This document shows, piece after piece, positions 37,045 through 49,677 of a stretch of DNA of 64,000 nucleotides; within the stretch, counting starts at the first letter, position 1; each line of letters starts with the position of its first letter. The DNA comes from Azolla caroliniana. Its lineage: Eukaryota; Plantae; Polypodiophyta. The notes under the pieces were generated by a model. That model was not told the origin of the DNA. It ran no database searches and saw only the letters and a program-made list of their open reading frames with translations. The translations under genes were made by a program, and so were the position numbers. The stretch is from positions 17,608,001 through 17,672,000 of the forward strand of contig JBHGNT010000006.1 of NCBI GenBank assembly GCA_043228905.1. Reading direction: 5' to 3'.

Positions 37045-40000
37045 TATTAGAGATATGATCTAATGTAAGCGTATGATAAGGAGAAAAGAATGATAGATAG
37101 ATAGATAGAAAGGAGAGAGAGGAAGAAGGGTGTTGATCCACTCGACCACCCCCGAGCGAAGGGATCGAGACGGACTTGAGCCTCAATCGACGTCCCATAC
37201 CACCATCATGGCGTCGAGTTGTACCTAGTGTTGGCGTGCTCGCTACAAGAGTTGAACCACCACGAAATAGAGTATCGACATAGTCAAAAGATGATGAAAT
37301 GAGGGTAGCCAGGCCTCTTATTTATAACGATACCCAAGGCCATCAAGCAAGTTCACACTTGGCCTAATGGGTTGTCTCAATCCTGAGGATTAAAAGTAAT
37401 CCTCCCCTTCTTTACACTCTCGTTTAACTCTCACACTTATCCACATGTATACTACGGTAAATTCTCACCATGGGATATTATATGGTCATGCTCGTAACAT
37501 ACTCCCCCTCTTAAAAACATTGCACTCTTGCAATGGAAAGTTAGGGAAGTTAGTTCTGAGAGTATTTTCGTGTTCCCATGTGCCATCTTTTATTGATTTA
37601 TCCATCCATTTTATTTTAAATTCTCAGATTTCTTTAGTACATAATTTTTTTGTTTTAACATCGAGAATTCTTTCTAGTACATGTGGTTTAGAAGGTAATT
37701 CTTCATAAGTAACCATAGTTTCAGTTGTAACTGTATTGTCGCCAGAACCTAGAAGTTCTTTTAGACGACTCACATGAAAAACTGGATGAATTTCAATACC
37801 ATCGGGAAGAGTGAGACGATAGGCTAATGACCCAATGCATTTGAGGACTATAAAAGGTCCACAAAACTTAGTGCACTTACCCTTAGACAATGTCTTAGAA
37901 TTGTGAGGTACACATAAAAATACCTTCTGTCCAGGGTTGAATACACGAGGTTGCTTATCATGATCGGCATAAAAATGCGCTCTATCTTGAGCTATTTTTA
38001 TATTATCTCGTGCAATATGCAACATATCTTGGATATCCTGAAGAAAGTTTTGCGTTCTTGGCAACTCATCATGATGTATATTAACATCAATCGGGGCTCG
38101 TGGCTGAAAACCATACATCAACATAAAAGGACTATATCTCGTCGATGTATGCTTGGAGGTGTTATAAACAAACTCCAAATTTGGGAGATAATGTTCTCAT
38201 TTTTTTGGTTTTGTACCAACGTATGCTTGAAGCATGTCCTCAATAATTTGATTTACTCGTTTTGTTTGTCCATCGGATTGAGGATGATCCATGGAGCTCA
38301 TGCTGAACGTAGTTTCTAACTTCTTAAAGACTTGCATCCAGAAGTCACTAGTAAATTTTGGATCTCAATCACTCACAATATCCATCGGTAACCCATAAAA
38401 ACGAAATAACTCATCAATGAATTGGTAAGCCAATTCAAGAGCTATTATCGTGGTTTTAGTAGCAATAAATCTGGCTATTTTAGTTAGTTTATCAACCATA
38501 ACCTAGATGGCATCATGTCCTTTTTGGGTGCGATGAAGAATAACAATAAAATCCATGGACATACTTTCCCACTTATTATTGGGAATGTCCAAGGGATGTA
38601 AAAGTCTTGCGGCTTTAAGTAACTGGGCTTTGTTAACCTGACATTGATGACATTTAGTCACATAACTATGTATGTCATGACGCATCTTAGGCCGATAGAA
38701 TTGAGTGGAGATGAGAACGAGTGTACGATGTATGCTAGGGTGCCCTGCTAAGGGTGCACCATGGCATTCAAAAAGACTTATCTTTTTGACCTCATGCAAA
38801 TCTGGAACACAAACCTTCCCATTACGGTAGAGTAGACCGTTAGCAATGTGGAAGTATTCCTTCGAGGATGTGGTGGTGTCTGTTCCAAACTCAACTCTTG
38901 CCCAGTATTTCGCAAAATAACTATCATCAGGATACTTTCCTCGAAGGTGATCATAAATATCTGATGTTATTTGAGTGAAGCTAAGCATGTTAACTTCACG
39001 GATGCGACTTAGTGCATCAGCAACAATGTTCATGGAACCTTTATGATATCGTATGGAAAAATCAAAGTCTTGGAAGAGATCAACCCATCTTGCCTTACGA
39101 CCTTTCAGGTCTTGTTGGTCACAAAAATATTTCAAGGACTCGATTTCCATAAAGATTATGGCGCCATGTTTTGAGCACATGTATAACTGCAAATAACTCC
39201 TTTTCTTGAACGATATACCGACATTGAGTAGAATCAAGTTTCTTACTCTTGAATGCTATTGGTTTACCATCCTGATATAAGACAACACCTATAGCATAAT
39301 CGTTTGCATCGGTTTCAACCTCAAAAGGTTTTCAAGGATTGGGTAAAAGAAGTGAAGAAGCCTTGCACACCATGTCCTTGAGTTCCTTAAAGGCGAGGTC
39401 TAGTGTAGCATTCTAGACAATAGGTTTTGTAGACTTACGCGTTTAACCTTTTAGAAGATCAATAAACAACGTCGTCAATTGGGAGTAATTACGAAGGGAT
39501 TTTCGCAAAAACTCAACAAAACCAAGGAATGATCGAACTTCTCGAATATTCCGAAGAGTGGGCCAAAGCTTGATTTTCTCGATGCGAGAAGGATCTATTT
39601 CAACTGGTTCGGTTATGAGATGTCCAAGATAAGTAATTGATTTCTTGAAGAACTCACATTTGAGATCTTCACAAATAACTATTTGTCACGCAATCTTTGT
39701 AAAACAAAGCAGACTTGTTTAACATGTTCTCGTAATATACGACTATAAACTAAAATATCATCCAAGAAAATAACGACAAATTTTCCAAGTTGTTCTCGGA
39801 AAATGTCATTCATTTCTTGTTGAAATGTAGCCGGAGCATTGGTCAAACCAAAAGGCATAACCAAAAACTCATAATGGCCATAGCGCGTACAAAATGCCAT
39901 TTTAGGAACATCATCCTCACTTATATGAATTTGATGGTAGCCAATACAGAGATCTAGTTTCGTAAAATACTGAGCTCCTTGGAGACGGTCAATTAGATCG

Positions 40001-40072
40001 TCAACCCGGGGAAATGGATACGAATTCTTGATCGTCACTTTATTCAAGAGTTGGTAATTAATACACATACGT

Positions 40073-43000
40073 TGTCGTGCCTTTCGGCTCCGGATCGTTG
40101 CATGAGTTGGGTGGGAACTACTGAGGTTTTGGACTAGGAGAAAGAAGAATATGAGATAAGGCTCCTTATGAATGGATTGCAAGAAAGAGAAATATTTGAA
40201 GGAAGATATAAAACTCATGAATCCCACGACTATAGTGTATTAATTGATACTTAGAATGTAAGAGAGAAATAGATGGAAAACAATCATGAATCCCACGGAT
40301 ATATTAGATTGATCAAAATCCTTGTAAAATAATCAACCACCCCCATACATCTTCCTCTTCTCCTTATATAAGGATGGAAGAGGCTAAGCATAGCTTCATG
40401 CTTTTTCTAAAGTGTTCGTGCACATGAAATGTGCATGAGTTGCCTAAATATAGTGCTCATGCTCGCTAGATGTGCATGAGTCATTTTTTTATTGGTGTAC
40501 ATTTTTCTTATAAATAAAATATTCACGCATTCTAGAAAATACATGACTTTGCTTTTAATAAAGGTAGGTGTAACTAAAGGTCTTATACGTATTAAATCTA
40601 TCTTTAGAACACTTAGGATAAGTTAGTACAATGGTAAGGTTGGGGTTTGTCTACGTGGAGGTATAGGGTTCAAATCCTACCCTATTCATGTAATAAATAT
40701 TTTTAATATTTTATTTTATTTATTATACGTACTTTAAATCGGATATAGTATTTTACATATTTCACGTAGTGTGTGATTCACACTACCACACTCGCCCCCT
40801 TCGAACCCGCACATCCTCTGGTATGTGCCGAAGTCCCTGATGCTTGCTAATCACCTTCATCCGAAGCTTCCTTCGATTCTCCCCTTAAGTCGACTATGAG
40901 TTGTAATCCACTTTCTTCGCTTCCTGCATCACCGCGATCTTCGTCCGATTGCTCCTTCTTGTTGGTCTTGTCTAGGAACACATAGGGTTTTTCATCAGTC
41001 CGCTTCTTGAAAATCTTCACCCGTTTCCCGACTATAGGCACTCGTAGCATCGTTCCATCCAACTCGCATAGTCGGTAAGTTCCGTTGTCAAAAACTTTCT
41101 GAACCTCGTATGGCCCGAACCACCTTTTTGCGAACTTCCGCATCGTTGTATGTTGATGATCCAAACTACTGTCGTAGACAATCACCCAATCTCCTTCTTC
41201 AATCTTCCGCGGTCGTAGTCGGTGCTTTGTGTCGAACTGGGTTTTATTCCGGAATTGCGCTTCTTGTTGTCGGCGTATTGCTACCGCTATGCTATTTCTT
41301 CCGGTCTTCCCTCTAGTTGTCGTATCCGGACCGCTAGTTGTCGTATCCTTCCATCGCATGCCTTCGCAAGTGCTTTGACGATCGGACTATGTCCTCGTTC
41401 GATCTTCCCGTTGGCTTCCGGATTGTATGCCGTTGTCAGTGTTAACCGAACTCCATGTTTGGTGAAGAATTCCTTAGCTTTATCAGAGTCGAGTTCTCCC
41501 CGATCCGCAATCACTTGTCCTACGCACCCGTACCTGCAAAACACCTCCTCCAAAAGAAATTGGCATACTGCAGAACAAATTTTGCTTCGTAACGCCCGAC
41601 CTTCTACTTGGTTTGTGAGATCTTCCCGAGCTAACACCAAGTACTTCTTTTTTCCGATTCCGGTTGGCATGGCTACAATATCGATCATCCATTTGAAGTT
41701 GATTGTCGGTGAGAATGTCGGATGTAACTCATCTCGGTGTCGAACTCCGGAGTAGATTTGACACTTCTCGTAGCTTTCCGTGAACTCCGCTATATCTTTG
41801 TACATGTTTTTCCACCAATATTTTTGTTTGATTTTCACAAAAGTTGCCCATGTTCCTCGATGTCCAGCCCAGTCGGATTCGTGAAATTCGGACATTATCT
41901 GGTTTCGTTGCTCTTTCGTCCCGACTACCCGAAGTGGTATGCCATTCGGTCTTTTCGGCTCCCTCCATATTAATCCATTTCTCAAGAAGAACTTTTAGAC
42001 TTGCCGCTTCTTACTTTGGATCTCGGCTCTCTTCTCTTTATTGTCCGATGATTCCTCGATTTCTTGTAGCACTTTCCCAATCTGCAAGCTTTCTCCCTCG
42101 TATTCTTCTTCCCGGAATTCTCGAATTACGTTCACTCGGCATATGTGCTTTGAAGCAAAGTAGTATTCGGAAACTTCTTCATTATCGGATTCGGTTATGT
42201 CATCTCCGAACCGCGCCCTTGATAGCATATCCGCTACCGCATTGTCTTTTCCGGAGATGTGTCGTACCTCCAGATTAAGCGACTTAACATATGCAATCAA
42301 TCTTAGCATAGCCACATCCGGTATCGGGCAACACCGCATCATCCCGAGTATCGGAAGACAATCCGTTTCGATCACTACTTTGGCTCTGATCAAATAATCT
42401 CGATCCGATTTGATTGCCGACACGACTCCCCATAATTCTCTTTTGACTTGTGCATATCTGCGTTGCCTTTCGTTGAGAACCTTTGCTTCGAATCGGATCG
42501 GATATCGCGAACCATCCGATTCCAGTTGGACTTGTGTCAACCGTTACTATGATCGTTCGGTCATAGTTCGGCTTCTTTAGTGCTTTTGCCCTCTGTAGTG
42601 ATTTCTTGAGCTTCTTCACGGCTTTGGTATGCTCCGGTTTCCATTCGAACTTCTTACCCTTCCGCAACAAGTGATAGAGTGGGTCCGCAATATGTGCATA
42701 GTGTGGAATCCATATGTGGTAGAATGCACATGCTCCGAGAAACCTTCGGACTTCAGATTGTGACTCGCATATTTCTTTCATAGCTTGAATTGCATCGATC
42801 TTGGTCGGTGACGGTCTTCGGCCATAGGGCCCACATAGATGTTTGACTACCAATATTTCTTCTTGCCCGAATGCTGATTTCCCCCCAAAAAGTGCTAGGT
42901 GCACATCTTCTAACTTTCGAAGCACTTTCTCGCAATCGCGAATATGATCGACTACGAACTTTTGGCATCCTCGATCATCCATAGTTTCATCTTTTCCTTC

Positions 43001-46000
43001 TACCGCGCATCCTTTCATCGGAATGTCATCTAGGAACGGCATCGTTATCTCCGGAATGCAGTCTCGAAGCACCTTGTTCATTGCATTCATCATATGTGCG
43101 ACCGAGTTCATCGCGCCTTGTGGTAGCGTACACATCCGGACTAATTCTATCGGTGTCCGCATGGTAGTGATGTCTCGGCTCTCCACAGCTAGTTGGAATT
43201 GGTCATACCCCGAGTATAGGTCTTCGATGGAGTATATCGCTCGACTGGCAAATGCTTCCGCAAATTCGTCCACTATCGGACCGACTCCGGAGTTCCGGAT
43301 CGTGACTTTGTTCACCGGTTGCAAGTCTTGGATAAATTGGAGTGACCCATTCTTCTTCGGAACCGTAAACCATCGATTTGAGTACGGAGCATTTGATGGC
43401 TCTAGAATCCCCATCGCCACCTTCTCCTTGAGGAAGTCGATGATTTTGGGAATATGCGCCCATGGCACCGGAATCGGCTTTAGGTTCCACGACACATGGT
43501 CAATCGTGAAGATCACCATCGGCTCCACTATCTTCGGATCAACGCACCCTATCTACTTCGATGTGAATGCAAATGCTTTCCCATGTTGTTCCAACATCCC
43601 TTGGAATCATTCTTCTTCATTTTGTAAAAGGAAACCACCTCCACCGATCCGAAGTTTCTTCCGGGTCTCATCTGTGAAGGCATGTCCGATATCCATGGAC
43701 TTCCGAAGTGTCGGATCTCCCAAGACTTCTTTCGTCTTTTGTTCACTATCGGCGGGTAGTGGTCCCACGGCTGGTTTCACCTTCTTCTCCACGGTCTTGT
43801 ATTTCGTACTTACCATTGCTTCTTCTTTGCGGAGCGCATCCGGCCCCATTTTCACAATGATCTCGTACATCTCGACCGATTCCACCGGGACTACCCGGTC
43901 TCCCTGGCTTGTATCTTTCGCGAGCTCTTCAAGCCATTGTAGCGTGCTCCCATAGAACATTTCTTCAACTATTCCCACGATTTCTTCATATTCTTTTATT
44001 ATTGATGCCGAACGTAACTTATCCTCCACTTTTCGGTATTCTTTCTTCATTCCTCCGGTTACTGCCGTGTACGTAGATGCCCCATCTGGACCGATTCGTA
44101 CTTGTTTTTCTCCGAGAGTTTTCTTCCTGTGTGGGGTATTAGGGCTTCTCGGACTATCACTTCCCCACTCCGCAATAGTCCGCTCTAAAAATTCATCCTT
44201 GTTTGGGACAAGAGCTCTCTCTTGTTCCTTTCATGATTTGCCGGCACCGTTTGGAATTGGACGGATTTCCCTCCATTTTGGCTTCGAAATCGTGCAAAAG
44301 CCGCACCGCTATCGAGCACCTTTGTCTCCATCCGTGATGCCGTGATAAAGGCTTGCCCGAGGATCACAGAGTGTGAGACCTCCTCTTGTACGAAGAAATT
44401 TTGGTCGATCTCAACATCCCTGATCTTCACCATCACATCAGGACAAGCCGCAAATAGATCTTCCATTGCTTTTGTGGCCGCCCGGATCTTCCATCCATGA
44501 TAGGTGTTAATAGGCCACTTCCCCTTCCAGTAGAACTCTTTGGACATCAAATTGATCTCCGATCCATGATCAATCAATGCTAGCACGGGCTCTTTGATGT
44601 TGCCGATTCGGACCGGAGTCTCCGTAGTTGCACGCGTCCAATGTGGCTTTGTATAGTGAGAATTCAGAATCTCGTCCTCCACTTCGGTGTCGTTCATTAG
44701 AACGGTATTTGCATTCACCATCAGCGCATTTTCCTCTATAGTTTGTCTTTTTCTTTTTACGAGATTCACAAGAAGATCATGGAACTCCTTTTTTGCTATT
44801 TCAAGTAGTTCCTGAAGTGAAAAATCTACCCAGTTGTCAAGGATTCTCTCCTCGAGGACTTTCTTTATGTCTGTCCGTTGCTCGATGTCCGAAGCGAGTT
44901 TGAATGTCGAAATCAATTTTCCTTTCCCTCTTTCGTCGGAGTTCCTGCTCTCCGGTGTCTTCAATGGTCCAGCCGCATCCTCCGTGCGTCGCCGCTTCTC
45001 GTCCACATACACCTCATGTAATTGACATAGGGTGTATACGCTATTCTTATCGACGGGGCACTCCCATCCCGTAGCTTCCCGGATGCCTTCTGTGGTGCTT
45101 CGGATCTCGTTGGAGTCAGTTTTCTTGGTGTTTTCTAGCATTTCCGGCCAAAAAGACACCTTTGCTCCCGATGACTCCCCGACACGTATTCTCGCGGTTG
45201 TCACGTAATTGCTCTTCGCCACTATTTCCTCCTCTAGGACCTTCTTCATGGCGCTTTTTCGGAAGTTCGGTTGGAGCGGCTTCTGAGAGTTCATCGAATG
45301 AATCCAATTTCCCCCGTAGTAGATAAGATCCCGTCGTAGTGCTTCCTTGTGCTCGTCGCAATCCCTCCGATCATGTTCGGTGCTATCGCACCATATGCAC
45401 CGACGGTCCATATACTTGGAACTTGTGGGATGGTCATCCAACTTCTTCACCATCGCGATTTTTAGATTCTCCATCTCCTTCAGCAACTACTCCACCGTAG
45501 TTGCGTCGATTCCCTTCTCGGTCGTAGCTTCCGGAGCCCGCGGTTGATGGTCTTCCGATTCGGATCTCGGTTTCGTAATCGGTTCCGAAACCCTCTTTTC
45601 TTCGTTGGCAAGCCATTGCCCCCTCTTTTTGTATCGCGCGACGATATCCCGCACGCTTCCCATGTTTCGATGAGGCCACTCTCGGTATTCGTGTCCTCTA
45701 GAAGCACTCCAAGATCCTTCCGGTCCCGGACGTCTACGGCTCGTAAGAACATAATAACTTTGTCCGGTGCGATGATAGCTTGATCTCTCGCAGACAACCT
45801 CCCGAACCGACTTTCGAATGCCGAAAACACATCGAGGACCTTCATACCGTTGTCCGGCGTTTCCACCCAATCCTTGAATCCTCTCTGCGTTGCCTTGGAG
45901 GAGTCCTCGATAACGAACGTGTTCTTAAGCGCCTCTTCAAACGCTTCCCAAGTCGGATTTTGTTGTTGTAGCCCGTGGATACTTGCTTGAAGCCCGTCGG

Positions 46001-47001
46001 TAGCCACTCAGTTGAAGGATGCCACTTGCCATCCTTCCAAAATCCCGCACCGTAGCATTTCTGCCTTGTAGTCCCGAAGATAGCGTCATACGTCCTTTCC
46101 GTTGAATTGCCCGATCCGTTGCATGAGCCGCTCTACTGCCACCACTATCTCCGACATCACACGTTGTTCCTGAAGCATCCGCTCGAACATCATCATCATG
46201 TTGTTAGCCTTCGGTTGATTTTCCATCTCCTTGCCACCCATGTTCACATCGGGTTCACCACTTATGTTGTGCCTTTCGGCTCTGGATCGTTGCGTGAGTC
46301 GGGTGGTAACCATTGAGGTTTTGGACTAGGAGAAAGAAGAATATGAGATAAGGCTCCTTATGAATGGATTGAAAGAAAGAGAAATATTTGAAGGAAGATA
46401 TGAAACTCGTGAATCCCACGACTATAGTGTATTAATTGATACTTAGAATGTAAGTGAGAAATAGATGGAAAACAATCGTGAATCCCACGAATATATTAGA
46501 TTGATCAAAATCCTTGTAAAATAATCAACAACCCCCATACATCTTTCTCTCCTCCTTATATAAGGATGGAAGAGGCTAAGCATAGCTTCATTTCTAAAGT
46601 GTTCATGCACACTAAATGTGCATGAGTTGCCTTTTCAGAATATGCTTTTATTTCCTAAATATAGTGCTCATGCTCGCTAGATGTGCACGAGTCATTTTTT
46701 TATTGGTGTACATTTTTCTTATAAATAAAATATTCACGCATTCTAGAAAATGCATGACTTTCCTTTTAATAAAGGTAGGCGTAAATAAAGGTCTTATATG
46801 TATTAAATCTATATTTAAAACACTTAGGATAAGTTAGTACAATGGTAAGGTTGGGGTTTGTTTATGTGGAGGTATAGGGTTCAAATCCTACCCTATGCAC
46901 GTAATAAATATTTTTAATATTTTATTTTATTTATTATACATACTTTAAATCGGATATAGTATTTTACATATTTCACGTAGTGTGTGATTCACACTACGCC
47001 A
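40073..47001 (-). mobile_element. Near full-length Gypsy element D (Ylt1/Phygy-like non-chromovirus): LTRs 40073-40790 and 46265-47001, PBS-Trp, gag-protease, pol; inactivated
   Basis: Paired LTRs TG..CA; TSD ACGT/ACGC; PBS TGGTGAACCCGATGTGAA at 46243-46260; PPT AGGGGGCGAG; IDHGSEIN, DLYSGYDQF, LPQGAMNS, FLDDIP, YNPEANGKIERGH. Confidence 0.95.
40616..40686 (+). promoter_or_regulatory. tRNA-like Pol III module in D LTR U3 (second copy at 46827-46896)
   Basis: TAGTACAATGGTAAG (A box) .. TAGGGTTCAAATCCTA (T-arm/B box), present in both LTRs. Confidence 0.75.
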
Positions 47002-49677
47002 ACGCCATGTGTCCTCTTTCTTTTTAACCAAGGGAACTGGTGCACCCCAAGGAGATTTACTAGAACGTATATAACCCATTTGTAAATAGTCCTTGAGTTG
47101 CTTAGATACCTCATCCTCTTCGAATCGACTTAAGCAATAAGGAGGTATACTTATTGGTGCAACGCCAGGTACAATATCGTTACGATGGTCTATATTACGT
47201 TTAGGAGGTAACCTATCTGGTAGTTCACTCGGAAAAACATCACAAAAATCATTTAAGATTTCATCAAGTTGTTGTTGTTTAAAATATGTTAATTGAACGG
47301 AGACATTATCGATATTGTATACGTGAATGCCCGGATCAAGTACACAATAAAATAGAGTAGAACAAGACAAATGGATTCTTTATGGTCTGCAGCTTTAGCT
47401 TTGCTATCGTGCTCTTTCTGTGGGAGCTTTCGACATTGCTCTTTTGTATGACCCTTCTTTCTCGAGAATACGCAAAAAAGATGTTGTCGCTTACAATCAC
47501 GATCCATGAATTCGTTGGGTGTCTTGCATTCCCTAGCGAATTGCGATTGCTTAGTCCAGGGCGCTTCGTTGGGTTTGTTGTGGTCCTTCTTTGAAGTGCG
47601 TTGATAGCGAAGAACTATTTCAATGGCCTCTTTGAAGGATTTTGGATCCTTATCGTGCATTATCCAGTGATAGTCCGAATTGGGGATGCCATTGACAAAA
47701 CAAGTGATTAACCAATTGTCCCCTTCTAGACGCGATTTTTGGATTTGGGTTCTAGCATGGTGGACATAATCTTCTAGTGAGGAAAACTTCCTACTAGAGA
47801 GGTTCATTAAACCTTGTGCTACCTCGGTTCGAGAGGGAGGTTGCAGAAATTGGCCCTTAAAAACTATGACAAAATTTGTCCAGGTATTCGGCAATTTCCC
47901 CAAAGTTCGGAGCCCACGCCACCAGGTGGCGGCCTTAACCCCTAGTTCTCGGCCGACATATGCAATCTTTGTACTATCTTGCATGGGTAGAGCTCAAAAT
48001 GAGACTCCCATCGACCCAACCATGTGCAGATTGTTTCTTCGGTTCTTTCCTTTTCTTCTCTCGTAAATGGCTTAACGACAAATGATGGTTCACCTTGTCG
48101 CTCATCAGGTCTATTAGTTTCACATTGTAAACTAATGACACTTGCCTCAAGAGCATTTTGAGATTGCCGAAGTTCGGTCATCTGTTGAGCAGTGAAACTA
48201 AGGTATTGGCTTATTTGTGAAAAATACATCTCAATGGACATTTGTCCAGAAGGATTTCCTTGAGTTCCTTCCGCTTGAGCGGATGACATTGGGTCGTTAT
48301 TTTGAGCCATTGAATGATTATTTCTGGCAAAGAAATAGGATAAGGTCAGACAAATAGTCATAACATCATGTCATGATATAAACATATCATGGTCAAACAT
48401 TAATCGATATCATGATCTCACGTCAATACCCCTCTAGACGTATGAGATGAGGTTGAAGATTAGGTTACTATGGTAACACAAAGGTGTTTTAAAAACCATG
48501 GGGGTGACAAATTAATGTCTATCCCTAATCTCTATATCGATTTTCTCGTGACAGCTCCCCGAGGCTCAACCATGTATGTTCGCGTCATGAATAGTTTGTA
48601 CACGAAAAATATGTTAACAATAAACTATGTTTCGGTGCCCACATATATTGTTTCGGCTCTTTAAGTCTTATTACGAGGACCCCGAAGTGCACTTAGACCT
48701 CAAGTCTAAACATGTGGTATAATCATATGTATCAACGATGTTGTATGGTCTTGGTCATACATCAACTCGAGACCTCGAGAACAAATACATTAAACACTTG
48801 AGCGAACCAAGTAGGTTGCACTTCTTGAATGGTTAATATTTAATGCGTATAAGAGATATGTGAGGCATTTGCCCATATATGTTTATGACAAAGTTTGTTG
48901 GTACATTAGCTAACCTCAAGTTTCGTAATTACGATGGCATACACCAAAGTGCAACCTAATGGTCAAGCCAAATGAGCCCTCTTTTCTTAGTAGGCCCACA
49001 TGGTAAGAAAGTAAGAATGCCTTTTATAAGAATGAGCTCATGGTGGCATCATATCCATGTAATGAGGGAGGGATGTTGGATATGTGTGTCATAAGAGCGA
49101 CCTCACATCAAGTGGGTCAAGCCCTACATTCTCAACACCATTGTGGCTAAGATTGTTTCATTACGTAATGAAATCGAAGTCACCAATAGGGATGTCAACA
49201 ATAAAAATTTGTTGAAAAGGGGATGGTGACAACGCCATTCTCACAAAAATGTGAGGACGGCCACCAAGATCCTTTCCCCAAAAAGGAAAACATTCGATAT
49301 TGAAATCACGTAAAAACTTATATACACATATGTATATTATCACATATATACGATCAAATACGTATACACGTGACCACATAGGAATATATAAAAGAAATCG
49401 TAATATAAAATAGCCAGAAATGATGTAATCGAGATACTAATCGAGGCATATACCCTCTACACACACAAAACATCTAAAAAAAATAAGGGTTAATCGTAAT
49501 ACCGAATTGAGGTATTGACCTCATATGCATACGACACCAAACGCATATCATTTACATACAAATCAAGGTAATGACCTCATACGCAAACGTAACATATGTT
49601 TATGAACGTAATACGTAATTGCGGTATTAACCTTATACGCATACGACACAAATGACGTATTGACCTCGTGCACATAT

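Larger units (their letters stand above)
37045..49677 (-). mobile_element. Gypsy chromovirus family A, copy 2 (3' LTR 37045-37499, chromodomain, INT, RNase H, RT, gag, 5' UTR), interrupted by D and F
   Basis: PPT AAGAGGGGGAG; [32 protein letters not shown]; RT KKEDTWR|MCINY split by element D; chromodomain ERILD..IKW..TWE. Confidence 0.92.

Noticed and set aside
43023-43955. 310-aa plus-strand ORF
   Set aside because: Antisense shadow of the element D RT frame.
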